Of a DNA stretch of 64,000 bases, positions 1 through 8,883 are shown piece after piece. The first letter of the stretch is position 1. Each line of letters starts with the position of its first letter. A program made the position numbers and the translations under genes. The DNA lies in contig CAVZHW010000007.1 in the NCBI GenBank assembly GCA_963775225.1, positions 1,651 through 65,650 of the forward strand. The letters run 5' to 3'. The notes beneath the pieces were generated by a model. The model was not told where the DNA came from. It made no database searches and was given only the letters and a program-made list of their open reading frames with translations. The stretch comes from an uncultured Chloroflexia bacterium (lineage in GTDB: Bacteria > Chloroflexota > Limnocylindria > Limnocylindrales > CSP1-4).

Positions 1-909
1 CGCCTGTCGCCTCCGCATCGCCGACTGCCAGCGGGTCGCCTCGCCTGCGCGTCGCCGACTGCCGGCGGGTCGCCTGGCGCCAGCCTTCGCCGCTGCCAGC
101 GGGTCGCCTGCAGCCACCGGGCCAGCGTCGGCTGCGCCAGGCACTTGGGCGTCCGCAGCCCATTGGCTTCCGAGAGCCCATCGCCCGCCGCCGTGGGCGC
201 GTCGCCCAGCCCCAGTCCATCTGCCTCGCCTCAACCAGGCAGCAGCATCGGCCTGCCCACGACTGGCAAACTGGCCGACCTGCGCTACGCCCTGGAGGCC
301 AAGTTCGGGCCTATCGACGAGGTGCGCCAGGAGGCCAACATCGGCCCGATCATCAGCAACGAGATCGCCCAACAGGCGCTGCTGCTGATCATCCTCGGCT
401 CCATCGGCATCCTGGCCTGGGTGACCTTCCGCTTCGCCGACTTCCGGATGGGCATGACCGCCATCGCCGCCCTGGTCCACGACGTGATCGTCGTGGTCGG
501 CCTGTTCGCCATCCTGGGCACGTTCATCGGGCTGCAGGTGGACGCCCTGTTCGTGACGGCAATGCTGACGGTCATCGGCTTCTCCGTGCACGACACGATC
601 GTGGTTTTCGACCGCATCCGCGAGAACCGCATCCGCCATGCCGGTGAGCCGTTCCCGGCGATCGTCAACCACAGCCTGCTGCAGACGCTCGGCCGCTCGC
701 TGAACACCTCGATGACCACCGTGCTGGTGCTCTTCGCGCTGCTGCTCTTCGGCAGTGACGCCATCCGCGCCTTCGTCTTCGCGATGATGATCGGCATCAT
801 CTCCGGCACGTACTCGTCGATCTTCAACGCCAGCGCGCTGTTGGTGACCTGGCACGAGTGGGCCGACAAGCGGCGCCAGCAGCAGTTCGCTGCCGCCCGC
901 GTCCGCTGA
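1..909 (+). CDS. secF: protein translocase subunit SecF (5' partial, enters window mid-gene)
   Basis: ORF 145..909 carries the SecD/SecF C-terminal TM bundle (FADFRMGMTAIAALVHDVIVVVGLFAILG, SVHDTIVVFDRIRENR). The upstream part is a P/S/A-rich linker that stays open to the window edge. Confidence 0.8.
   Translation, partial: RLSPPHRRLPAGRLACASPTAGGSPGASLRRCQRVACSHRASVGCARHLGVRSPLASESPSPAAVGASPSPSPSASPQPGSSIGLPTTGKLADLRYALEAKFGPIDEVRQEANIGPIISNEIAQQALLLIILGSIGILAWVTFRFADFRMGMTAIAALVHDVIVVVGLFAILGTFIGLQVDALFVTAMLTVIGFSVHDTIVVFDRIRENRIRHAGEPFPAIVNHSLLQTLGRSLNTSMTTVLVLFALLLFGSDAIRAFVFAMMIGIISGTYSSIFNASALLVTWHEWADKRRQQQFAAARVR
18..109 (+). repeat. imperfect tandem repeat, 3 units, inside the secF linker
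   Basis: tcgccgactgcc[a/g]gcgggtcgcct occurs at 18-41, 52-75 and 87-109 (the third unit lacks one base). Unit spacing is 34 and 35 nt. Confidence 0.7.
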
Positions 910-916
910 GCACGCG

Positions 917-1746
917 TTGAGCTACCTCGCCCGACTCGACGCCCGGGTCGCGGCGGTTGGCTCATGCCTGTGCCTGGGGGTGGACCCCGAATCCGCGGGC
1001 CTGCCGCCCGGTTATACGCGTGATGTCCGCGGCATCGAGTCGTTGCGCGCCGGGTGCTCGATGCGGCCGTGCCGCACGCGGCCGCGGTCAAGATCAACGT
1101 GGCCTTCTTCGAGGCATTCGGCAGCGCGGGCATCGCCGCCCTGGAGCGTGTGCGCGCCGCCGTCCCGGCTGATGTGCCGTTCATCGCCGACGCCAAGCGT
1201 GCAGATATCAGCAACACCTCCGCGCGCCAGGCCGTGGCCCTCTTCGATTCACTCGGCGCCGACGCGGTCACGGCCAGTCCGTACCTGGGCCGTGACGCCC
1301 TCGCGCCGTTCCTCGAGCGAGTCGACCGTTTTGTCTACGTCCTCTGCCGCACCTCGAATGCCGGCGCGGGGGAGCTGCAGAACCTGCCGCTCGAGGACGG
1401 CACGCCGCTCTTCGTTCACGTCGCCCGGCGAGCCGCCGAGTGGGCTGGCGACGCCGCAAACGTTGGCCTGGTGGTGGGCGCGACCGCCCCCACGGAGATG
1501 GGCCAGGTCCGCGAGGCTGCGCCCGGCCTGCCATTCCTGGTGCTTGGGTTGGGTGCGCAGGGTGGCGACGCAGATGCGGCGGTGAGGTTCGGCGCGGCGA
1601 CTCAGCCGCCCGGCAGCAACGTCCGTGGCGGCGGATTGGTTGTTAACGTGTCGCGCGGCATCAGCCAGGCGGCGGCGGGCGCCGCGGATGCGGGCGAGGC
1701 GATCGCCGCCGCTGCCACCGAGTGGCAGCGGCGGCTCGCGGTCTGA
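917..1746 (+). CDS. pyrF: orotidine 5'-phosphate decarboxylase (type 2), apparent -1 frameshift near 1040-1053
   Basis: The N-terminus SYLARLDARVAAVGSCLCLGVDPE lies in the 917 frame. VLDAAVPHAAAVKINVAFFEAFG, ADAKRADI and TASPYLG lie in the 1054 frame. Both parts are PyrF-like. Confidence 0.85.
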
Positions 1747-1774
1747 GCGCTGCTGCTCCCAACGAGGGCCGGAG

Positions 1775-1780
1775 TAGAAT
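1775..1780 (+). promoter_or_regulatory. -10-like TAGAAT, 6 nt upstream of GTG 1787 (leaderless tatA candidate)
   Basis: AT-rich hexamer in GC-rich DNA with no SD before the start. Confidence 0.35.
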
Positions 1781-2128
1781 TTGAGCGTGCTCGCGAACGT
1801 CATCGATATCAGCCCGCTGACTCTCGTCGTGCTGCTCGTGCTGGCCCTGCTGATCCTGGGCCCGGGCAAGCTGCCGGAGGTTGGCGCCGCGCTGGGCAAA
1901 AGCCTGCGTGAGTTCCGCAACGCCACCAATGAGGTGCGCGAATCGGCCCAGATCTCGACCAGTACGCCCGCCGCCCCGACGGCGCAGGATGCAACAGCTG
2001 CCGAAGCCGGCACGGATGCAGCGGCGGAGGCGCCGCTCGACGATAAGGAGAGGATCCGCAGGCTCGAGGCCCGCCTGCACGAACTCGAGCAGGAACGCCA
2101 GTCCGAGCCCGGGTCTGCCGAACACTGA
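1781..2128 (+). CDS. tatA: twin-arginine translocase TatA/E
   Basis: LLVLALLILGPGKLPEVGAALGKSLREFRN matches the TM plus amphipathic helix. Start is TTG 1781 or GTG 1787. Confidence 0.9.
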   Translation: MSVLANVIDISPLTLVVLLVLALLILGPGKLPEVGAALGKSLREFRNATNEVRESAQISTSTPAAPTAQDATAAEAGTDAAAEAPLDDKERIRRLEARLHELEQERQSEPGSAEH

Positions 2129-2170
2129 CCTAGACACGCGCTCCACCGGGCGCCATTCCGAGGAGCGGTG

Positions 2171-2962
2171 ATGGCGGAACTTACCGAGCGTCAGCGGGCG
2201 GTGGTACCACGTCCGCCAGTTCCGGGCGCCGAGCAAACGGACGAGAAGGTAATGCCGCTCCTCGACCATCTCGCCGAGTTGCGCCGCCGGCTGTTTGTTG
2301 GCATCGTGGCCGTGGCGTTTGGGTCGATCGTCGGTTGGCTGTTGGCGCCCGATGCAATTCGCATCCTGAAGGCGCCCATCAGTGAACCCTTGAGGTTCAC
2401 CACGCCAGGCGCGGCGTTGTTCATCGAGGTCAAGCTGGCCCTGGTCATCGGTTTGCTGCTCGGCTCACCGGTCGTCTTCTACGAGTTATGGGCGTTCATT
2501 TCGCCCGGCTTGACGGCCCGCGAGCGCCGGCTGGCACGGCCCTGGCTCCCGCTGGCATTGCTGTTTGGCATCATCGGCGTGGCGACTGCCTACGCCATCC
2601 TGCCTGTCGCGACGTCCTTCCTTCTCGGCTTCCAAATTCCCGGCGTTATCGAGCCGCTCATCACGGCCGACGGCTACTTCTCGTTCGTGACGATGCTCTT
2701 TCTCTCCTTTGGCCTGGTGATGCAGTTTCCGATCGTGCTTTTCCTGCTGACCAAGGCCCGCATCGTCAGCGTTGACCGCTTGCGCCGCAGCCGGCGTTAC
2801 GTTCTACTCGGCATGTTCACCATGGCAGTCGTGGTGCTGCCAACTGGCGACCCGTTCAGTCCGACGGTCATGACCCTTGTGATGTATCCGCTCTACGAGC
2901 TGACCATCTGGATGGCCGCGCGCTCGCAGCGACCGGCGAAACGTCCGGCTGCTGATGGCTGA
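2171..2962 (+). CDS. tatC: twin-arginine translocase subunit TatC
   Basis: LDHLAELRRRLF N-terminal motif and a six-TM profile. GAGGAG lies 5 nt before ATG 2171. Adjacent to tatA. Confidence 0.9.
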   Translation: MAELTERQRAVVPRPPVPGAEQTDEKVMPLLDHLAELRRRLFVGIVAVAFGSIVGWLLAPDAIRILKAPISEPLRFTTPGAALFIEVKLALVIGLLLGSPVVFYELWAFISPGLTARERRLARPWLPLALLFGIIGVATAYAILPVATSFLLGFQIPGVIEPLITADGYFSFVTMLFLSFGLVMQFPIVLFLLTKARIVSVDRLRRSRRYVLLGMFTMAVVVLPTGDPFSPTVMTLVMYPLYELTIWMAARSQRPAKRPAADG

Positions 2963-3872
2963 CGCAGTGGCACTCGCCGGCGACGGCTCGGGGACGATCG
3001 CTCCGCGCCCGCACGTCGCCATCATTTCCGGGCTGTCGGGGGCGGGCAAGACCGCCGCGAGTAAGCTCCTCGAGGACGTCGGCTACCGCGTCGTCGACAA
3101 CCTGCCGGCAGAGCTCCTGCGCAACCTGGCGCAGCTCGTCGCGCGCGACCCGTCCGACTATGAGCGGTTGGCGCTGGTGCTCGACGCGCGCACGGCGGAC
3201 ACGCCGGTGGCCTTTGCCCAGGCGCGCAGCGCGCTCGAGTCGCGCGGCATCAGTCCACAGGTGTTCTTCCTCGAGGCGCGCGACGACGTGCTCATTCGCC
3301 GCTACAGCGAGACGCGGCACCGCCACCCGCTCGACACCGACGAGCGCGGTGTGGCCGCCTCGATCGCCCGCGAACGCGACCTGTTGAGCGAGATCAGGGC
3401 GCAGGCCGACGTGATCATCGACACCTCCGAGTTGTCGGGCCGCCAGCTGCGCGAGCGGCTGCACTCCGCCATCGATCTGCCCGGCCCCACGCCCGGTATC
3501 GCCCTGCACCTGATCAGCTTCGGCTACAAGCACGGCGTGCCGCTCGAGGCGGACGTCGTATTCGACGTGCGCTTCATGGAGAATCCCTTCTACAACGACC
3601 GCCTGCGGCCGCTGACCGGGCTCGACGAGCCGGTGCGCGAGTTTGTCCTCAGCCAGCCGATCACCGAGCGTTTCCTGGACATCGTCGCGCAGTACCTGGC
3701 GCTCACGCTGCCCGGCTACGAGGCAGAAGGCAAGTCACGGCTGGTCGTCGGCGTCGGCTGTACCGGCGGGCAGCACCGCTCGATCGCCATCACCGAGGCG
3801 CTCGCCGCCCGCTGGCGCAAGGCCGGCGGCGTGCCAGTGACGGTCTGGCACCGCGAGCTGGAGCGGGCGTGA
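2955..3872 (+). CDS. rapZ: RNase adapter / nucleotide-binding protein RapZ (YvcJ)
   Basis: Walker A GLSGAGKT and C-terminal GCTGGQHRS. Confidence 0.9.
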   Translation: MADAVALAGDGSGTIAPRPHVAIISGLSGAGKTAASKLLEDVGYRVVDNLPAELLRNLAQLVARDPSDYERLALVLDARTADTPVAFAQARSALESRGISPQVFFLEARDDVLIRRYSETRHRHPLDTDERGVAASIARERDLLSEIRAQADVIIDTSELSGRQLRERLHSAIDLPGPTPGIALHLISFGYKHGVPLEADVVFDVRFMENPFYNDRLRPLTGLDEPVREFVLSQPITERFLDIVAQYLALTLPGYEAEGKSRLVVGVGCTGGQHRSIAITEALAARWRKAGGVPVTVWHRELERA

Positions 3873-4981
3873 GCAGCCGCAACGGCGATCGTGCCAGCCG
3901 GCCGCGGATCGGGCGCAGCTGGTGGACGCGCTGGATCGTACCGTCGGCTGGCCCGGTCGGCCGCTCGCGTGGCCCGCGCGTGGTGACCATCGGCGGCGGA
4001 ACCGGGCTGTCGGTCCTGCTGCGCGGCCTCAAGGAGCTGACCAACAACATCACCGCGGTGGTGACGGTCGCCGACGACGGGGGCTCATCGGGCCGCCTGC
4101 GCTCCGAGCTGGGCGTGCCGCCGATGGGCGACATCCGCGCGTGCATCGTCGCTCTGGCCGACAACGAGACGCAGATGGGCCGCCTGCTTCAATACCGCTT
4201 CCCGGAGCAGCCCGATGGCCGGCTGGCAGCCGAGCCGGGCGGCGGCGAGCGCGTCCACGAGGTAGCCGGCCATAGTTTCGGTAATCTGCTCATCGCTGCC
4301 TTGACCGACCTGACCGGCGACTTCGAGGAGGCCGTCCGGCAGGCCAACCGCGTTCTCGCCGTCCGCGGCCGGGTGATCCCGGTGGCCGGGCAGTCGATCA
4401 CCCTCCACGCACGACTGGGCGATGGCAGCGAACTGGTGGGCGAATCATCGATCGAACGAGCGCCGGGCATCGACCGCGTGTGGATCACGCCAGCCGACAT
4501 CCGGCCCTCGCGCGAGGCAGTCGATGCCGTACGCGCCGCGGACCTGATCGTCATCGGCCCGGGCAGCCTGTACACCAGCCTGCTGCCGCCGCTGCTGATC
4601 CCCGAGATCCGCGAAACGGTGGCCGCGGCGAGCGCGCCGCGAGTCTACGTCTCCAATGTGGCGACCCAGGTAGGCGAGACGCAGGACTATGCGCTGTCGG
4701 ATCATCTCGCGGCCTTTGCACGACACGACCTCGACCGGTTGATCGATGCCGTGCTGGCGAACGACAACTATGCCGCGCAGGTGCCCGAGAACTACCCGGC
4801 TGCGCCGGTACGCCTGGATGTCAGCAATCTGCGCCAATCGCGGCCGTTGATCGTGCCGCGCGACGTGGTCGACCACGGTAATGCTCACCGCCACGATGCG
4901 CATCGGCTGGCCGCGGCGCTGATGGAGCTGTACGACGATCGCGTGTTGCGCGCGCGCGCACACGCAACGATGTCGCCCTGA
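3869..4981 (+). CDS. yvcK: YvcK/CofD-like gluconeogenesis factor family protein
   Basis: IGGGTGLSVLLRGLK and VADDGGSSGRLR motifs. GTGA overlap with rapZ. Confidence 0.85.
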   Translation: MSSRNGDRASRPRIGRSWWTRWIVPSAGPVGRSRGPRVVTIGGGTGLSVLLRGLKELTNNITAVVTVADDGGSSGRLRSELGVPPMGDIRACIVALADNETQMGRLLQYRFPEQPDGRLAAEPGGGERVHEVAGHSFGNLLIAALTDLTGDFEEAVRQANRVLAVRGRVIPVAGQSITLHARLGDGSELVGESSIERAPGIDRVWITPADIRPSREAVDAVRAADLIVIGPGSLYTSLLPPLLIPEIRETVAAASAPRVYVSNVATQVGETQDYALSDHLAAFARHDLDRLIDAVLANDNYAAQVPENYPAAPVRLDVSNLRQSRPLIVPRDVVDHGNAHRHDAHRLAAALMELYDDRVLRARAHATMSP

Positions 4982-4994
4982 TGGGCTCACCTTG

Positions 4995-5793
4995 ATGAGC
5001 GCGCGCACGTCCCGCTCGACACCGGCCGCCGGAGGTGACCTGGTTGCCGCGGTACGCGCCGAGCTGGCCACCATCGAGCCCACCCGTCACTGCTGCCAGG
5101 CCGCCGAACGGGCGGGACTCGGCCAGGCAGCCCTCGGCCGTGCCCGCTCGCCGCAGGTCGGCCGCCTGGCTGTGCGGCTGGCGGCCACCGCGGAACCTGC
5201 GCACTTCGACTGGCCAGGCGCCGCCGATCACTGCCGCATCGCCTGGCTGCGCGGGCTGGTGCTCGCGCATGGCTCGCTCAGCATCGGGCCGTCGGGCACC
5301 CACCTGGAGCTGGTCGTGCCGGCCGAGGAGCTGGTGATGGTCACCGGCCGTCTGGTCGAAGTGGGGCTGACCTTCGGTGTCCGGACGCGGCGGGGCAGGG
5401 GAGTGGTTACCTGGAAGGACGCCGGCGCAGTGCTTGACCTGCTCCGGCTCGTCGGCGTCTCGTCGGCGGCGCTCGCGATCGAGTCGCGCTTCGTCAGTCG
5501 CTCGCTGCACGGCCACCTGAACCGGGTGGTAAATGCAGAGAATGCGAACCTGGCAAGGGCAGTGGCTGCTGCCCACCGGCAACTCGTCGACATCGACGCC
5601 CTCGAACGCGCCGGTGCGCTGAGGCGAATGCCGAAATCATGTGCGCCGGGTGGTGGCGGCCCGCCGCCGGGCACCCGAGGCGACGCTGGCCGAGCTGGCA
5701 TCCATGGTCGACCTGTCGCGCGGCCAGGTGCAGCGGGTTTTCGAACGAATCTCGAGCACCGCGCTGAACGCGGCAGGGGAGGCACAGACATGA
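4995..5793 (+). CDS. whiA: sporulation/cell-division regulator WhiA, apparent +1 frameshift near 5634-5641
   Basis: rapZ-yvcK-whiA synteny. The N-terminal VRAELATIEPTRHCCQAAE lies in the 4995 frame. The C-terminal HTH VRRVVAARRRAPEATLAELASMVDLSRGQVQRVFERI lies in the next frame and ends at TGA 5791-5793. Confidence 0.8.
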
Positions 5794-6602
5794 ACGAGGA
5801 GCAGCCGGCCGGCGCAGCAGCGCGGCCGGTGATCATCGCCGCCAACTGGAAGATGAACACGATCCCGGGGCAGGCCGGCGAGCTGGCGGCGGATATCGCG
5901 TCGCGCACCAAGGTGGCCGGCGTGACGCGGCTGATCTGCCCGCCGTACGTGTCGCTGGAGGTCGTCGGGCGTGCGCTCCAGGGGAGCGGCGTGGAGGTTG
6001 GCGCCCAGAATGTGCACGCCGAGGGGTTCGGGGCGTTCACCGGCGAGGTGTCGGCGCCCATGCTGGTGGGGCTGGCGACATGGTGCATCGTCGGCCACAG
6101 TGAACGCCGGCGCGACCAGTGCGAGGATGACGTCCTGATCGGTCGCAAGCTGTCGCGCTGTGCCCAGTTTGGGCTGCGCCCCATCCTGTGCGTGGGTGAG
6201 CAACTCGAGGATCGCGAGGCGGGCCGCGCCGAGGCAACGGTGCGGCGGCAGCTCGAGGCAACGGTCGGCGAATACCAGCGCGATGCGACGGACCTGCCGG
6301 CCGACCTCGTCGTGGCCTACGAGCCGGTGTGGGCGATCGGCACCGGGCGGTCGGCGCGCGGCAGTGACGCGGCGGCCATGGCGCAGCTCATCCGGAGCGT
6401 GCTGTCCGATGCGCGCGCACCGAACGGCGGCGCGTCGGTGCCGGTGCTGTACGGGGGCAGCGTGACGAGCGCGACGATCGAGGAATTCCTCGCGGAGCCC
6501 GATATCGACGGGGCGTTGGTCGGCGGCGCCAGCCTCAAGGTCGACGAGATGGCCGGCATCGTCGCCCGGGCCGGCCTGACGGTGGCCGGTCGCGCGGCAT
6601 GA
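5790..6602 (+). CDS. tpiA: triose-phosphate isomerase
   Basis: AANWKMN, GHSERR, YEPVWAIGTG and GGASL motifs. ATGA overlap with the whiA stop. Confidence 0.95.
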   Translation: MNEEQPAGAAARPVIIAANWKMNTIPGQAGELAADIASRTKVAGVTRLICPPYVSLEVVGRALQGSGVEVGAQNVHAEGFGAFTGEVSAPMLVGLATWCIVGHSERRRDQCEDDVLIGRKLSRCAQFGLRPILCVGEQLEDREAGRAEATVRRQLEATVGEYQRDATDLPADLVVAYEPVWAIGTGRSARGSDAAAMAQLIRSVLSDARAPNGGASVPVLYGGSVTSATIEEFLAEPDIDGALVGGASLKVDEMAGIVARAGLTVAGRAA

Positions 6603-8149
6603 GCGGGCCATCGCGGACGGACAAGCGCCCACGACCGCTGGTGATCGTGGTGCTCGATGGCTTCGGCATCGGCACGCGTCCCGATGCCGACGCCATCGCT
6701 GCCGCGCGCATGCCGGTGTGGCGCAGCCTGCTCGAGAAGTGGCCGCACGCGCGGCTCGACGCGTCGGGCGAGGCAGTTGGGCTGCCCGGGGGCCAGATGG
6801 GTAACAGCGAAGTCGGCCACCTGAACCTGGGCGCCGGTCAGCCGGTCATCCAGGACCTGCCGCGCATCGATGCCGCCATCGCCGATGAATCGTTTTTCGA
6901 TAACGCGGCGCTGCTCGATGCGATCCGGAGCGCCGCCGGCGGCCACCGACTGCACCTCATCGGCCTGCTCGGGCCGGGTGGCGTCCACTCGGTCGATCGC
7001 CATGCGGTGGCCATCGCGCGCCTGGCCTGGCAGAACGGTGCGCGCGACGTCGTTGTCCACGGCCTGCTCGACGGCCGCGACACGCCGCCACGTTCTGCCG
7101 AACTGTTCGTGCCTGACTTCGAAACGCGCCTGCGCGACGCGCATCCGCAGGCGCGCATCGCGACCATCGGCGGCCGCTACTACGGCATGGACCGCGACAA
7201 GCGCTGGGAGCGCGTCAAGAGGGCCTACGACGCGATCGTCCACGGCGAAGGGCCGGTTGCGGCTTCGACCACGGAGGCGATCGTCGAGGCGTACGCCCGC
7301 GGCGAGGGCGACGAGTTCGTGCAACCGACGCTGATCGACGGTGTCGACGGCCAGGTGCGCGACGGCGACGCGGTCATCCATTTCAACTTCCGCGCCGACC
7401 GCGGACGCCAGCTGATCCATGCCCTGGTCGACGGCGACGAGTTCGACCAGGATTGCTTCAACCGCGGGGAGCGGCCGCGCGACCTGGTGGTCGTGACGAT
7501 GACCGAGTACGAGGCCGGGCTGCCGGTCGCGACGGCCTTTCCGCCGCTGACCGTGACCAGTCTGGCCGAGTTCTGCGCGAGCCTCGGTTGGCGCCAGTTC
7601 CACGTGGCCGAGACGGAGAAGTACGCGCACGTCACCTACTTCTTCAACGGCGGCGTCGAGCAGGCCTTCCCCGGCGAGGAGCGGCTTCTCATTCCGAGCC
7701 CCAAGGTGGCCACGTACGATCTGCAGCCCGAGATGAGCGCCGATGGCGTGACCGACGCCCTGGTCACGGCGATCGCCGACGACTATGACTTCATCGTCGC
7801 CAACTACGCCAACCCCGACATGGTCGGCCACACGGGCGTGTGGGACGCTACGGTCAAGGCGGTCGAGTTCGTGGACGGCTGCCTGGGCCGGGTGGTCGGC
7901 GCGATGCCCCACGACGGCCTGCTGTGCATCACCGCCGACCACGGCAACGCCGACGAGCTGCGCGATATTGGTGGCAACTCGATGACCGCGCATTCGCTCA
8001 ACCAGGTGCCGATCATGCTCATCGGCGACGCGGCGCGCGGCCGGCGCCTGCATGATGGTCGCCTGGCCGACGTGGCACCCACCCTGCTCGAGCTGGTCGG
8101 GCTCACGCCGCCCGTGAGCATGACCGGGCGCTCACTCCTGGAGCACTGA
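6599..8149 (+). CDS. gpmI: 2,3-bisphosphoglycerate-independent phosphoglycerate mutase
   Basis: MGNSEVGHLNLGAG and ITADHGNADE motifs. ATGA overlap with tpiA. Confidence 0.95.
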   Translation: MSGPSRTDKRPRPLVIVVLDGFGIGTRPDADAIAAARMPVWRSLLEKWPHARLDASGEAVGLPGGQMGNSEVGHLNLGAGQPVIQDLPRIDAAIADESFFDNAALLDAIRSAAGGHRLHLIGLLGPGGVHSVDRHAVAIARLAWQNGARDVVVHGLLDGRDTPPRSAELFVPDFETRLRDAHPQARIATIGGRYYGMDRDKRWERVKRAYDAIVHGEGPVAASTTEAIVEAYARGEGDEFVQPTLIDGVDGQVRDGDAVIHFNFRADRGRQLIHALVDGDEFDQDCFNRGERPRDLVVVTMTEYEAGLPVATAFPPLTVTSLAEFCASLGWRQFHVAETEKYAHVTYFFNGGVEQAFPGEERLLIPSPKVATYDLQPEMSADGVTDALVTAIADDYDFIVANYANPDMVGHTGVWDATVKAVEFVDGCLGRVVGAMPHDGLLCITADHGNADELRDIGGNSMTAHSLNQVPIMLIGDAARGRRLHDGRLADVAPTLLELVGLTPPVSMTGRSLLEH

Positions 8150-8187
8150 GCGACCAGCCGCGCGGCAGGGCCATGCGGACATCCTGC

Positions 8188-8193
8188 TATCCT
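8188..8193 (+). promoter_or_regulatory. -10-like TATCCT, 7 nt upstream of GTG 8201 (leaderless secG candidate)
   Basis: Hexamer geometry with no SD before the start. Confidence 0.3.
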
Positions 8194-8200
8194 GCCGGCC

Positions 8201-8431
8201 GTGGAGAACATCCTTCTGTTCGGTCAGGCCCTGGTCAGCATCGCGCTGATGGCCTCGATCCTGCTCCAGGCACGCGGGGCTGGCCTGGGCGCGACCTTCG
8301 GCGGCGACTCGACCGTCTATCGCAGCCGGCGCGGCATCGAGAAGCGCCTGTTCCAGTTCACCGTCGTGCTGGCGGTGCTGTTCGTCATCTTCTCGCTGGC
8401 CACCTTCCGCCTCTCGCAGCTCAACATCTGA
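8201..8431 (+). CDS. secG: preprotein translocase subunit SecG
   Basis: 76-aa two-TM protein with a GAGLGATFGG loop, in the usual position after tpi/gpm. Confidence 0.85.
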   Translation: MENILLFGQALVSIALMASILLQARGAGLGATFGGDSTVYRSRRGIEKRLFQFTVVLAVLFVIFSLATFRLSQLNI

Positions 8432-8464
8432 CCTCGCCGGACGGGCGGTCGTGGCAGCCGCGCA

Positions 8465-8473
8465 TGGTAAAAT
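8465..8473 (+). promoter_or_regulatory. extended -10 TGgTAAAAT upstream of the tRNA-Leu pair
   Basis: Conspicuous AT-rich TGnTAAAAT 40 nt before the tRNA 5' end. Confidence 0.4.
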
Positions 8474-8513
8474 CCGGCTTCGCCTGAACGCCGAAATGCG
8501 GTACAGGCTGCGC

Positions 8514-8600
8514 GCCGAGGTGGCGGAATAGGCAGACGCGCTAGGTTCAGGACCTAGTGACCGCAAGGTCGTGTGGGTTCAAGTCCCTCCCTCGGTACCA
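8514..8600 (+). tRNA. tRNA-Leu (anticodon CAG)
   Basis: Cloverleaf read by eye. Anticodon arm ctagg-ttCAGga-cctag, long variable arm, TPsiC ggttcaagtcc, encoded CCA. Confidence 0.9.
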
Positions 8601-8602
8601 CT

Positions 8603-8687
8603 GCCCAGGTGGCGGAATTGGTATACGCGTACGTTTGAGGGGCGTATGACGCAAGTCATCCGGGTTCAAGTCCCGGCCTGGGCACCA
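8603..8687 (+). tRNA. tRNA-Leu (anticodon GAG)
   Basis: Anticodon arm tacgt-ttGAGgg-gcgta, long variable arm, acceptor gcccagg/cctgggc, encoded CCA. Confidence 0.85.
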
Positions 8688-8778
8688 ATTCCTTGATCGC
8701 ATGACAGAACCCACGGTGATCGCTAAGCCGGGCTGACGCTCAGCGGCCGGCGTCGCCCGCGGCTCGGGCCGTGCCGGC

Positions 8779-8784
8779 TAGACT
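8779..8784 (+). promoter_or_regulatory. -10-like TAGACT 8 nt upstream of tRNA-Val
   Basis: Hexamer immediately upstream of the mature tRNA 5' end. Confidence 0.35.
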
Positions 8785-8792
8785 GCGCCCGC

Positions 8793-8869
8793 GGGCGGTT
8801 AGCTCAGCTGGTCAGAGCGCCTCGTTTACACCGAGGAAGTCGGGGGTTCGAGTCCCTCACCGCCCACCA
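8793..8869 (+). tRNA. tRNA-Val (anticodon TAC)
   Basis: Acceptor gggcggt/accgccc, anticodon arm cctcg-ttTACac-cgagg, encoded CCA. Confidence 0.9.
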
Positions 8870-8883
8870 CCAGGACAGGGCCG

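Noticed and set aside
4992-6602. A 536-aa ORF that looks like a WhiA-triosephosphate isomerase fusion protein.
   Set aside because: The linker part is out-of-frame read-through. The real WhiA HTH is in the neighbouring frame and stops at 5793 with an ATGA overlap to the tpiA start at 5790.
6317-8053. Very long antisense ORFs. Examples are 6317..8053 (578 aa), 39388..41208 (606 aa), 52148..53737 (529 aa), 23856..25388 (510 aa) and 20219..21565 (448 aa).
   Set aside because: Each lies opposite a gene with strong motif evidence. Their translations are Arg/Ala/Pro/Gly-rich with no recognisable motifs. Long stop-free antisense frames are expected at about 70% GC.
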